From positions 82 to 64,081 of the forward strand of contig JBDRDK010000062.1 of assembly GCA_043820855.1 (NCBI GenBank): a stretch of DNA of 64,000 nucleotides. Reading direction: 5' to 3'. How positions within the stretch are numbered: the stretch's first letter is position 1; every line of letters begins with the position of its first letter. Positions 18,218 through 27,564 of the stretch are shown here, piece after piece. The DNA comes from a bacterium (GTDB lineage Bacteria; Patescibacteriota; UBA1384; JBDRDK01). The notes under the pieces are model-generated. The model was given only the letters and a program-made list of their open reading frames with translations, was not told the DNA's origin and searched no databases. The translations under genes and the position numbers were made by a program.

Positions 18218-19212
18218 TTATTCAAAGTAAAAAAGTATTAAGATACTATTTGTACAAACAATTACTTTCAAGTCCCACACCACGGGACTTGAATCTTTTA
18301 GATATTATAGATAGAGCTGGTTTTCCCAAGGAACAGAATGCTTCCCTGAGTTTTTATTTACGAAAAGAAAATTTCGAACAAAACGAATTATTAGAGGCTT
18401 TAACAAAGAATGAAATAATTGAAGTTAAGACTTTTAAGAATAAAAGATTGATAGTACCAAAAGATTTAGCCAGAGATTTTATTAAATTTATTCCTCAGAA
18501 AAATCATTCTGATACAGTAAAATCTTGCGCAAAATTTATTTTCCAAGATTTAAAAAAAGAACCAAAAACTCAAAGTCAGATTCTCAGAAATTTTGCAGAG
18601 TATGCAATTGAAATTAAAAAACATGCTATAGATTATCTTGAATCTCAAGGAAAAATCCTGAGAATTTATAATTTTGCAGACAAAAAATTTGAATTCGTAT
18701 TAACTCAAGAAATATTAGGGCCTGATTTATATCAGAAATTAGATGTACAGATATTGGCCAAAATTATCCATTTGACAATACAATATTATGGTCCACTTAG
18801 AATAAGCGATTTGGTGAAATATTCAGGTATTAATTCTATTGAAATTCAGAAAGCATTTAAATATATTCGGAATAAAGTAGCGAGTATTAAAATTGATTCA
18901 TCCCTAACACCGTATTTAATAGATGGAAAAGATTTAGCCAATTTACAAGTTCATAAGTCACCATCTATTGATTTTATTAATATTTTGCCTAAAAGTGATC
19001 ACGCTTTAAGTATATCTCAGGATTGGTTGTATAAGTCGATTCCTTTATACGGTAAATTAAATCTACTAGTAATATTTAATGGCGAAGTTGTTGGAGGTTT
19101 TTCGGATATGGGTGGTTTTGATAATTTTGTTTTACTTCCAAAGCTTGTATTAAATGAAATTTCGAACAAACATACGACTTTGTTACAATGGATGAAAAGG
19201 AAGTTGATTTAA
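18214..19212 (+). CDS. hypothetical protein, possibly a winged-helix AlkZ/YcaQ-like (DUF1006) protein
   Basis: The start overlaps the upstream stop (ATGA). The N-terminal pattern AGFPKEQNASLSFYLRKENF...LLEAL...IIEVKTFKNKRLIVPKDL has the shape of the YcaQ family. The similarity is weak and rests on memory only. Confidence 0.3.
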   Translation: MIIQSKKVLRYYLYKQLLSSPTPRDLNLLDIIDRAGFPKEQNASLSFYLRKENFEQNELLEALTKNEIIEVKTFKNKRLIVPKDLARDFIKFIPQKNHSDTVKSCAKFIFQDLKKEPKTQSQILRNFAEYAIEIKKHAIDYLESQGKILRIYNFADKKFEFVLTQEILGPDLYQKLDVQILAKIIHLTIQYYGPLRISDLVKYSGINSIEIQKAFKYIRNKVASIKIDSSLTPYLIDGKDLANLQVHKSPSIDFINILPKSDHALSISQDWLYKSIPLYGKLNLLVIFNGEVVGGFSDMGGFDNFVLLPKLVLNEISNKHTTLLQWMKRKLI

Positions 19213-19213
19213 T

Positions 19214-19618
19214 ATGCAAGAAATAACCATATCATCACGTAGACCAATAGAATTAATTGATATTACTGAACGAGTTAAACAAATCATCTATAACACTGAT
19301 ATTACTTCTGGATTGTGTAGTCTTTATATACCACATGCTACAGCAGGTATAATAATAAATGAAAATGAACCCGGATTAATAAAAGATTTTGAAAGAGAAT
19401 TAAAAAACTTATTTATTGATAAGGATTTTGAACACAATCGTATTGATAATAATGCTAGATCTCATATTTTGTCTGGATTTATCGGAGTAAATCAAACCAT
19501 ACCTTTTCAAAACAAAAAACTAAGACTTGGTACTTGGCAACAGATCTTTTTTGTAGAATTGGATGGACCAAGAAGCCAAAGGGAAATTATTATTAATTTA
19601 ATACAAGACAAATCGTGA
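19214..19618 (+). CDS. yjbQ: YjbQ/UPF0047 family protein (secondary thiamine-phosphate synthase-like)
   Basis: SGLCSLYIPHATAGIIINENEPGL, DNNARSHILS and LGTWQQIFFVELDGPR. Confidence 0.85.
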   Translation: MQEITISSRRPIELIDITERVKQIIYNTDITSGLCSLYIPHATAGIIINENEPGLIKDFERELKNLFIDKDFEHNRIDNNARSHILSGFIGVNQTIPFQNKKLRLGTWQQIFFVELDGPRSQREIIINLIQDKS

Positions 19619-20970
19619 AACTTACTTTCTGTGGGGCAGCTGGAGAAGTAACTGGTTCGTGTACACTTCTGGAAGCTGAAGGAAAAAAAATATTAATTGA
19701 TTGCGGTTTATTTCAGGGAAGTCAGTTTGCTACTTCCAAAAATGCTGATGATTTTCCTTTTGATGCATCTAAGATTGATATTGTTTTTTTAACTCATGCT
19801 CATCAGGATCATTGTGGTCGTTTGCCAAAGTTATACAAAGACGGATTTAGGGGCAAGATTTATGCTACTGAGCCAACAATTGAACTTACCAATGCGATGT
19901 TGGCAGATAGTGCACATATTATGGAAGAAGATTGTCGCGAAGAGGGAATAGAACCGTTGTATTCAGAAAAAGATTTATTAAGTCTTTTACCTTTATTTAA
20001 AAAAGTTGATTATCAGAAGAAAATCAAAATTACACCAAATTTGTGGGTCCAATTTCGTAATGCCGGACATATATTGGGGGCAGCAATAATAGAAGTATGG
20101 GCAGAAAGTAAAAAGTTAGTATTTTCAGGAGATCTGGGTCATGAAGCTATGCTTTTGATAAAAAAAATTGCAGATATTAAGGAAGCTGATTACATAATAT
20201 GTGAATCAACTTATGGTGATAGATTACATAAAAAAACTATCGATGATAAAAAAACCATAATTAAAAAAGCTATTGAGGAAACAATTTCAAGAAAAGGTGT
20301 TTTGATTTTTCCAGCTTTTGCACTTGAAAGGACTCAAGAGATTTTATATGAGTTGAATAGTTTGGTTGAAAATAAAGAAATTGATCCGATAGACATATTC
20401 GTAGATAGTCCGCTTGCTATTCGAGTGACTAAAATTTTTGACGGATATCAAGATTTTTATAATCTTGAAACTAAAAAACGGATTTTAGCTGGTGATGATA
20501 TTTTTGAATTTAAAAACTTACAGTACACACCCGAGGTTGTACAGTCAAAGTATATAAATAATTCACCTAAACCAAAAGTAATAATTGCTGGAAGTGGAAT
20601 GTGCAACGGCGGTAGAATAATGTACCACTTAGAAAGATATTTACCAGATCCTACCACTCACTTATATTTTTTAGGCTATCAAGTGAAAGGCACTAAGGGT
20701 CGTGATATATTTAACGGGGTTAAAAATATTACTATTAAGGGCCGAAAAGTAGTAATTAATGCTAAAATTAGCATGACTGAGGTTTTTTCTGGACACGCTG
20801 ATCAAAAAGAATTAGTAGAATGGTTTGGTAATTTTAAAACAAAGAAAATCAAGCAAATTTTTTTAAATCACGGAGATGAAGAGTCTCGAGAAGCTTTAGC
20901 AACAATAATCAAAGATAAATTTTCTATTAATGCAAGGTTACCTTGTTTTGGAGAAAGTTTTGAATTATAA
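19615..20970 (+). CDS. MBL-fold beta-CASP RNA-metabolising hydrolase (CPSF/RNase J-like)
   Basis: LTHAHQDHCGRLP (the HxHxDH motif), ESTYGD, and a C-terminal GHADQKEL...NHGD. The GTG start overlaps the upstream TGA. Confidence 0.85.
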   Translation: MKLTFCGAAGEVTGSCTLLEAEGKKILIDCGLFQGSQFATSKNADDFPFDASKIDIVFLTHAHQDHCGRLPKLYKDGFRGKIYATEPTIELTNAMLADSAHIMEEDCREEGIEPLYSEKDLLSLLPLFKKVDYQKKIKITPNLWVQFRNAGHILGAAIIEVWAESKKLVFSGDLGHEAMLLIKKIADIKEADYIICESTYGDRLHKKTIDDKKTIIKKAIEETISRKGVLIFPAFALERTQEILYELNSLVENKEIDPIDIFVDSPLAIRVTKIFDGYQDFYNLETKKRILAGDDIFEFKNLQYTPEVVQSKYINNSPKPKVIIAGSGMCNGGRIMYHLERYLPDPTTHLYFLGYQVKGTKGRDIFNGVKNITIKGRKVVINAKISMTEVFSGHADQKELVEWFGNFKTKKIKQIFLNHGDEESREALATIIKDKFSINARLPCFGESFEL

Positions 20971-20972
20971 CA

Positions 20973-21518
20973 ATGGATCCAATAAAAATCATCCATAAAT
21001 ACTATAATCCAAAATCAAAGACATATGATTTTTTAGTAATTCATAGTAAAATGGTTGCTGAAAAAGCCCTTAAGATAGCAAGAAGAGTTAAATATCTTAA
21101 TCCAGATTTAAAATTTATTCAAGAAGCTGCTATGTTGCACGATATCGGGATATTTCTAACTAACACTCCCGGATTAGGATGTTACGGTAAAGCACCCTAT
21201 GTTCGCCATGGGTATTTAGGTAAAAAAGTTTTAGATAAAGAAAAGTTGCCCAAACATGGTTTGGTTTGCGAAAGACATGTTGGGGTGGGCTTAAGTAAAA
21301 AAGATATAATAAAGCGTGAATTACCCTTGCCAAAAAGAGATATGATTCCTATTACTCTTGAAGAAAAAATTATTTGTTTTGCCGATAAATTTTTTTCTAA
21401 AAATAAAAAGTTTTTAGTAAAAGAAAAATCAGTGGAGCAAGTCAAAGAAGAACTTACTCAGTATGGTGGGGATAAAGTACTAAAGTTTGAAGAATGGTTG
21501 AAAATATTTAGAGAATAG
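20973..21518 (+). CDS. HD-domain phosphohydrolase
   Basis: AAMLHDIG, plus a later RHVG and ICFADKF. Confidence 0.75.
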   Translation: MDPIKIIHKYYNPKSKTYDFLVIHSKMVAEKALKIARRVKYLNPDLKFIQEAAMLHDIGIFLTNTPGLGCYGKAPYVRHGYLGKKVLDKEKLPKHGLVCERHVGVGLSKKDIIKRELPLPKRDMIPITLEEKIICFADKFFSKNKKFLVKEKSVEQVKEELTQYGGDKVLKFEEWLKIFRE

Positions 21519-21607
21519 ATTAAATAAATTTAATTGCCAGCTTAGTAAATTTTATTTATTATATAAGTATAATTAATTCTCATGATTGTGAGAAACAAGG
21601 AGGTTAG

Positions 21608-22183
21608 ATGGAAGATACATCCAAACAAGAAGAAAATTCAGAAGCAAAGACACCACAGCAGGAGTCAACTTCTCAATCAGGAAAGAAATCTAATGTTGGG
21701 ATGATAGTAGTTATAGTAGTTGTGGTACTTGTTGTATTAAGTGCAGGCGGTTATTTTGCTAGTAGATATTTGTTTAAGTCTTGGTTTGAAAAACAAACAG
21801 GTATTTCAGTTGATGAAGATAGTGATAGTGCGAAATTAGAAACAGATGATGGCGAAGCAGAAGTCGGAGAAAATCTAACATTACCCAGTTATTGGCCTAG
21901 TGATGTTCCAGTTTATGCCGAGGATAGTATTAGTACTGTAGGTAAGAACGGTGAAGAGGATTTTTATCTAAGTTTTACATCTGGATCTACTGCTGATGAA
22001 ATTTATAACTGGTATATTGAAGAACTAGAAACCCAAGGTTGGACTATTACCTCGCAACTTAGTTTAGAAACTGGTTCAAATATTAGTGCAGAAAAAAGTG
22101 ATAGATCATTAAGTGTTATAATATTAAAAGAAGAAGATGGGGGTGATACTACTACCTCTGTAGTGGTTGGTCCAAACGATTAG
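21608..22183 (+). CDS. hypothetical membrane-anchored protein
   Basis: AAGGAGG RBS and a TM helix VGMIVVIVVVVLVVLSAGGYF. The extracytoplasmic domain is unassigned. Confidence 0.6.
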   Translation: MEDTSKQEENSEAKTPQQESTSQSGKKSNVGMIVVIVVVVLVVLSAGGYFASRYLFKSWFEKQTGISVDEDSDSAKLETDDGEAEVGENLTLPSYWPSDVPVYAEDSISTVGKNGEEDFYLSFTSGSTADEIYNWYIEELETQGWTITSQLSLETGSNISAEKSDRSLSVIILKEEDGGDTTTSVVVGPND

Positions 22184-22240
22184 TATTAAAAGTACCTATT
22201 TATCTTGATTTTTTAATCTTTTTAAGATATATTTTAGGGT

Positions 22241-23683
22241 ATGAAGAATAGATTAAAAATTGCCCGGGTTGAACTTTTATTGCTTTTCTTAAAAATGCCA
22301 ACAGATCTGATTATGATTGTATTGGCATTTGTTTTGGCATACTTTATACGTTTAGAATATTTTGGACCTGCTCCAAATGAGTTTATGCCCTTAGATCAAT
22401 ATATTAAGAATTATGTTTTGTTAGTTTTGCCGTTATGGGTGCTTGTAGCTAGTATGAACGGATTATACAATCGAAAAAATCAAGGATTACTAAGTGATTA
22501 TAATCAGATAACTACTTCAGTATCTCTAATTTTTATGTTTGTTTTGGGATTCTTGTTTTTAACCAGAACTTTGTTCTTCTCAAGACTTTTAATTATGTAT
22601 GCTTGGATTATTACCATTATATTAGTTAGTGTTGGTAGATCCTTGATTTGGTTAATTCAAAAATTTATTTATTCAAAAGGCATAGGTATACGTAAAGTAA
22701 TAATTATCGGAACAGGAACAATCGCTCAAAGTATTGCACATCAGACCCAAAAAAATGGCGAAGGTGAGAGGCAGGTATTAGCATTCATAGATACTGGTAA
22801 TTCAAAAAAAAGATATATTATGAGTTTACCAGTAATTAAAGGTTTTCAAAATTTAGAAAAACGATTTGATTATGATGATATTTCAGAAATAATTTGGACT
22901 GGCAAAGGCTTAGATTCTAATGCTGCTTTTGAATTAGTAAGTTTTTGTCAAGATGAAAAAATCCGTTTTAGATATGTTCCTAATCTTTTTGAAACACGAT
23001 CAACTAATATTGATCTGGAAACTATTGCTGGGATTCCGGTAATATCTTTAAGGAAAACACCGTTAGAAGGTTGGGGTCGCATATTTAAAAGAGCGATAGA
23101 TGTAATAAGCTCCGTATTTGGATTAATTATAAGTTTCCCATTGTTTATAATTACCGCTATTACAATAAAACTAGACTCAAAAGGTCCAATATTTTTTATT
23201 CAAAAACGTGTAGGGGAAGATTCAGAATTTTCTTTTTATAAATTTCGCACCATGATAAAAGATGCACCAAAATTATTATACAAAGTACGCAAAGACAAAA
23301 AAGATACAGGCCCATTTATAAATGTAAAAGTGAGCGGAGATCCAAGAATTACCAAAGTTGGCCGTTTTTTACGCAAAACTAGTTTAGATGAACTTCCACA
23401 ATTAATAAATGTACTAAAAGGAGAGATGAGTTTAGTTGGACCAAGGCCTCTAGCCCCAGAGGAATCAAAAGATGTGGAAGCATTTGAAAAACAATACAGA
23501 GTCAGAAGATATGTAAAGCCAGGAATGACCGGATTATGGCAAGTATCTGGAAGAAGTGAGATGACCACAGAAGAAAGGATTCGTTTGGATATTTATTATA
23601 CTGAAAATTGGTCACTATTATTAGACATTCAGATAATTATTAAAACTTTTTGGCGGATAATATCTAAAAAAGGAGCTGTTTAG
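22241..23683 (+). CDS. polyprenyl-phosphate glycosyl-1-phosphate transferase (WbaP/exopolysaccharide sugar transferase family)
   Basis: N-terminal TM bundle. C-terminal domain KRAIDVISSVFGLIISFPLF...KGPIFFIQKRVGEDSEFSFYKFRTM...DELPQLINVLKGEMSLVGPRP. Confidence 0.9.
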   Translation: MKNRLKIARVELLLLFLKMPTDLIMIVLAFVLAYFIRLEYFGPAPNEFMPLDQYIKNYVLLVLPLWVLVASMNGLYNRKNQGLLSDYNQITTSVSLIFMFVLGFLFLTRTLFFSRLLIMYAWIITIILVSVGRSLIWLIQKFIYSKGIGIRKVIIIGTGTIAQSIAHQTQKNGEGERQVLAFIDTGNSKKRYIMSLPVIKGFQNLEKRFDYDDISEIIWTGKGLDSNAAFELVSFCQDEKIRFRYVPNLFETRSTNIDLETIAGIPVISLRKTPLEGWGRIFKRAIDVISSVFGLIISFPLFIITAITIKLDSKGPIFFIQKRVGEDSEFSFYKFRTMIKDAPKLLYKVRKDKKDTGPFINVKVSGDPRITKVGRFLRKTSLDELPQLINVLKGEMSLVGPRPLAPEESKDVEAFEKQYRVRRYVKPGMTGLWQVSGRSEMTTEERIRLDIYYTENWSLLLDIQIIIKTFWRIISKKGAV

Positions 23684-24750
23684 TGAAAGTTGCTTTGGTT
23701 CATGATTGGTTGGTTACTGATGCAGGTTCTGAAAAAGTATTACAAGTTTTTTCTGAAATTTTTCCAGATGCTCCGATTTATACATGTGCGTATAATGCAA
23801 AGAAAGTACCGTATTTTAAAAACAAAAAAGTTCATACTTCTTTTTTACAGAATTTTCCAAAAGCCAAAACTAATCCACAAATATATCTACTCTTGATGTT
23901 AAAAGCATATGAAAGTTTTGATTTTTCAAAATATGATCTAGTGTTATCTTCTTCTCACGCTTTTGCCAAAGGAATAAAAACCCCCAAGAAAACCATACAT
24001 ATCTGTTACTGTCACTATCCTCTTCGTTATGTGTGGGAGCCAAAAATTGATCCGAGATTGTCAATTAATCCAATATTAGTTTTGATTAGAAATTTACTAA
24101 AGAAACCTGATTTAATTGCATCAAGGAGACCAGATTTATATATTGCTAATTCAAAAAATACAGCTTCAAAAATCAAAAAACATTATCACCGGGATGCTGT
24201 AGTTATATACCCACCTGTAAATATTAGTAGATTTAAACCATCTAAATCCCCTAGTAAAGACTATTTCTTACTAGCAGGCAGATTAGTAAATTACAAAAAT
24301 CCGGGGTTAGTAATACGGGTATTTAATAAATTGGGTATAAAATTAAAAGTAGTTGGAAGTGGTCCAGAAAAGAAAAAATTACAAAAACTAGCTGATAAAA
24401 ATATTGAATTTTTGGGTAGGGTATCAGACGGCGATTTGGTTAAATTATATGCAAATTGCAAAGCCTTAATTTTCCCAGGGGAAGAAGATTTTGGTATAAT
24501 ACCAGTAGAAGTGATGGCTTCAGGTAGGCCAGTTTTAGCATTACAGAAAGGTGGAGTACAAGAATCTGTAATAAAAGGAAGATGCGGTGATTTTTTTCAA
24601 GAATCAACCCCAGAAAGTTTGGAAAGAGCTTTAAAACGATTTGATTTCAACAAATATAAAATACAAGACTTACTAAGCAGGGCAGACGATTTTTCAGAAA
24701 GAAAATTTAAGAATAAAATTACAAAATTCATACAAGAAAACTATGAATAA
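23683..24750 (+). CDS. GT4-family (GT-B fold) glycosyltransferase
   Basis: MKVALVHDWL at the N-terminus and an EEDFGIIPVEVMASGRPV (E-x7-E) region. The GTG start overlaps the upstream TAG by 1 nt. Confidence 0.85.
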   Translation: MKVALVHDWLVTDAGSEKVLQVFSEIFPDAPIYTCAYNAKKVPYFKNKKVHTSFLQNFPKAKTNPQIYLLLMLKAYESFDFSKYDLVLSSSHAFAKGIKTPKKTIHICYCHYPLRYVWEPKIDPRLSINPILVLIRNLLKKPDLIASRRPDLYIANSKNTASKIKKHYHRDAVVIYPPVNISRFKPSKSPSKDYFLLAGRLVNYKNPGLVIRVFNKLGIKLKVVGSGPEKKKLQKLADKNIEFLGRVSDGDLVKLYANCKALIFPGEEDFGIIPVEVMASGRPVLALQKGGVQESVIKGRCGDFFQESTPESLERALKRFDFNKYKIQDLLSRADDFSERKFKNKITKFIQENYE

Positions 24751-24768
24751 TAAAATTAAGGAGAATAA

Positions 24769-25407
24769 ATGGAATTTAAAAAATACTTAATAATTTTAAA
24801 AAATTATTTCGGGTTTATTTTGATTTTTACAATCATCGCAGGTTTAACTGCTTATCTGGGATCAATTTATAAACCAGTGATTTATGAAGGTGAAACCACT
24901 TTACTTATTAGTCCCGTGCCTAAATCCTCAATAGAAAATCCAGATTATTATGAATTTGATGGTTTTTATGCAATTCAATCTAGCCAACTTTTTGCAAATA
25001 CAGTTAGTGGGTGGCTATCTAGTCCAGATATAGTAAAATCGATTTATCAAGAAGCAAATTTGGATTTAGAAACAAAAAATATAGAAGAATTGCGCGAGAG
25101 AATTAAGACCTCAGTTAAGTCAACTCAAAGTCAAAACAATCTTGTAGATGCAGTATTTAAGGCTAAAAGTAACTTAGAACTTAAAAAAATATCCGATGCT
25201 ACCTATAATGTACTTAGTCAAAGAGTAGAGCAATTTAATAAATCTACTGGAAATAAAATTACTTATAGGATTGACAAGCTTGGCGAACCCATTGTAGTTA
25301 AAATAATTCCCAATGTAACTCTTAACACCATTCTTGGAGTAATTGCAGGCATAATACTAAGTATAATTTTAGCTTTCCTAGCTCATTATTTTAAAAAAGA
25401 ATACTAA
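24769..25407 (+). CDS. Wzz-like polysaccharide chain-length determinant domain protein
   Basis: AAGGAG RBS. It has N- and C-terminal TM helices flanking a helical domain, and it sits in the right operon context. Confidence 0.6.
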   Translation: MEFKKYLIILKNYFGFILIFTIIAGLTAYLGSIYKPVIYEGETTLLISPVPKSSIENPDYYEFDGFYAIQSSQLFANTVSGWLSSPDIVKSIYQEANLDLETKNIEELRERIKTSVKSTQSQNNLVDAVFKAKSNLELKKISDATYNVLSQRVEQFNKSTGNKITYRIDKLGEPIVVKIIPNVTLNTILGVIAGIILSIILAFLAHYFKKEY

Positions 25408-25423
25408 GTATTATTAGGATCTT

Positions 25424-27442
25424 TTGGGGGGTATTATTAATCAAGATCAAAAACTTTGGGATATCAAATTAGATAGTCACCCGACGGACAATATTCTAAT
25501 TGAGGATATCCAAAATAACAAAAATAGAAAATCTGAAAAATATTCCATACGATTCTTTAAACAATTTGTTAATTTTTCCCTACTTACTTTTTTAATTGTT
25601 TCTTTGGTTATTTCAACTTCAGCCCTTTTTTTGTTAAAGGATAAATTAGTACAAACCACTTATGCTGGTTTTACTGATTCAAAAGATCAAATATTAGACT
25701 TAGATAAGAAATTTGATATCAATAAAGTATTTAATACTCTACAAGAAATTGAAATAAATTTAAGAAAATCAGAGCAAACCTTAACTGATTTTGGCCAGAC
25801 TGGATCTTATTATATACATTTTAATACTATCGGAAGAGAGATTTCCACGGTTCAGAGAGTATCCGAAATAGCAAAAAATATTCGCCAATTATCTCAAAAT
25901 CTCAAACCTTTCTTAGACATTACAGACTTAAGTAATCTTCAATTGTCCTCTTTTAGGGAAGATATTGAGTTATCCTTTGAATTAATAGATGAGATTAATA
26001 GAGATTTTGAGAATCTAAAAAAATCTAATTATATAGACCAGAGTTTATTTAATGCATACCAAAAAGATTTAGATCAATTAAAGAAATACCTAGACCGTAT
26101 TAAACAAACTTCAGGATTTTTGCCGGAAATTATGGGGCTCAACGGTGCAAAAAAATACCTTATACTTTTTCAAAATCCAAGAGAAGCTAGAGCTACAGGT
26201 GGTTTTATTGGTAATTATGGCGTACTAAGTATTGAAAACGGGGAGCTTAATCCCCCAGATATTAAAGACATATATTATTTAAATTTTCTAAAAAAAAGAG
26301 TTTACAAAGAAGAACTCTACTCTGAAGATATTTATTCTAGAGCAAAAGATTTTCCAGAGTCTTTAGTGCCGCCTCGAACATTAATAGAAGAAATAAATTG
26401 GGCTGATTGGTGGAATATCAAGGAAGGAAATTGGGTAGCAGATTTTCCTATTACTGCTAAAAAAATTGAATACAGTTTTAACCATATTTATCATCAAGGT
26501 AATGTTGATGGAGTAATTGCTATAGATCCTAATTCTATCGTAGATATACTGGAGATTGTTGGTGAAATACAAATACCATCCGGAGAAGTTTTAAATGCAG
26601 AAAATTTCTGGGATATTATTGAATATAAGGTAGAAATTGATAATCCTTTTAAAAGAAAAGAAGACCTAACTGTTAGTCCCAAGCAAATTCTGTTTGATTT
26701 TACAGATGTGCTCTTTGAAAAATTAAAGAATGTAAATCTTCAAGAGTATTTAGAAATTAGTAGAAAAATATTTACAAATTTAAATTCAAAAAATATATTA
26801 CTGTATTTTGATAATCCCAGACTACAAAATTTAGTAGAAGATTTAGGTTTTTCCGGAAAACTTGAAAATTATCAACAAGACTACCTGTACGTAAATCGGA
26901 GTTGTAGAAATGCTGGCAAGCCTTCTCATAGAATTAAAAATAATATTATTTATTCAGTCATAATTGGAGAAGACAGTAGTACAAATGCTACTTTGGAAAT
27001 CAATAGAGAACATCTGGGAAGCCTTTCAACGTTAGATAAATATGAAAAAACTTTTTGGCAAATTATGACACCAACTGACTCCAGACTTTTATTTTCTGAA
27101 ATAAACGGAAAAAACAACTACTCTGGTATCAAAGTTCACAATTACTTAGGAACCGAAAATTTTATCACTTACTCTACTATTCAAGAAAACGAAAAACAAA
27201 GTATGCAATTAAAGTATAAATTGCCATTTAAAATCAAGAGTAATATTTTTGGAAAAGGTAGTTACGAATTACTAATTCAAAAACAGCCAGGGTTTAATAA
27301 TGATATGTACGAAGTGAATATACAGTTTCCATTGAGTTGGCAAGTGGATCTAAATTCAGAATATCAAGTTGAAGACAATATAGTAACTTGGAAAGGTAAA
27401 TTAAAAAAAGATAAGAAAATCTTAATTAATTTAAGAAAATAA
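25424..27442 (+). CDS. DUF4012 domain-containing envelope protein
   Basis: LILFQNPREARATGGFIGNYGVLSIENGEL is the signature DUF4012 block. An N-terminal TM helix is present. The TTG start is tentative. Confidence 0.75.
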   Translation: MGGIINQDQKLWDIKLDSHPTDNILIEDIQNNKNRKSEKYSIRFFKQFVNFSLLTFLIVSLVISTSALFLLKDKLVQTTYAGFTDSKDQILDLDKKFDINKVFNTLQEIEINLRKSEQTLTDFGQTGSYYIHFNTIGREISTVQRVSEIAKNIRQLSQNLKPFLDITDLSNLQLSSFREDIELSFELIDEINRDFENLKKSNYIDQSLFNAYQKDLDQLKKYLDRIKQTSGFLPEIMGLNGAKKYLILFQNPREARATGGFIGNYGVLSIENGELNPPDIKDIYYLNFLKKRVYKEELYSEDIYSRAKDFPESLVPPRTLIEEINWADWWNIKEGNWVADFPITAKKIEYSFNHIYHQGNVDGVIAIDPNSIVDILEIVGEIQIPSGEVLNAENFWDIIEYKVEIDNPFKRKEDLTVSPKQILFDFTDVLFEKLKNVNLQEYLEISRKIFTNLNSKNILLYFDNPRLQNLVEDLGFSGKLENYQQDYLYVNRSCRNAGKPSHRIKNNIIYSVIIGEDSSTNATLEINREHLGSLSTLDKYEKTFWQIMTPTDSRLLFSEINGKNNYSGIKVHNYLGTENFITYSTIQENEKQSMQLKYKLPFKIKSNIFGKGSYELLIQKQPGFNNDMYEVNIQFPLSWQVDLNSEYQVEDNIVTWKGKLKKDKKILINLRK

Positions 27443-27564
27443 ACATTTTTCTTTCTTGATTACATCTTGAAATAATGTTACGATAAGTATGTTGTGATAC
27501 TATTATTCTCTCAGGCCATAGGGCTTGAAATATATTATATTTATAAAAAGTTAGATAAATAATT

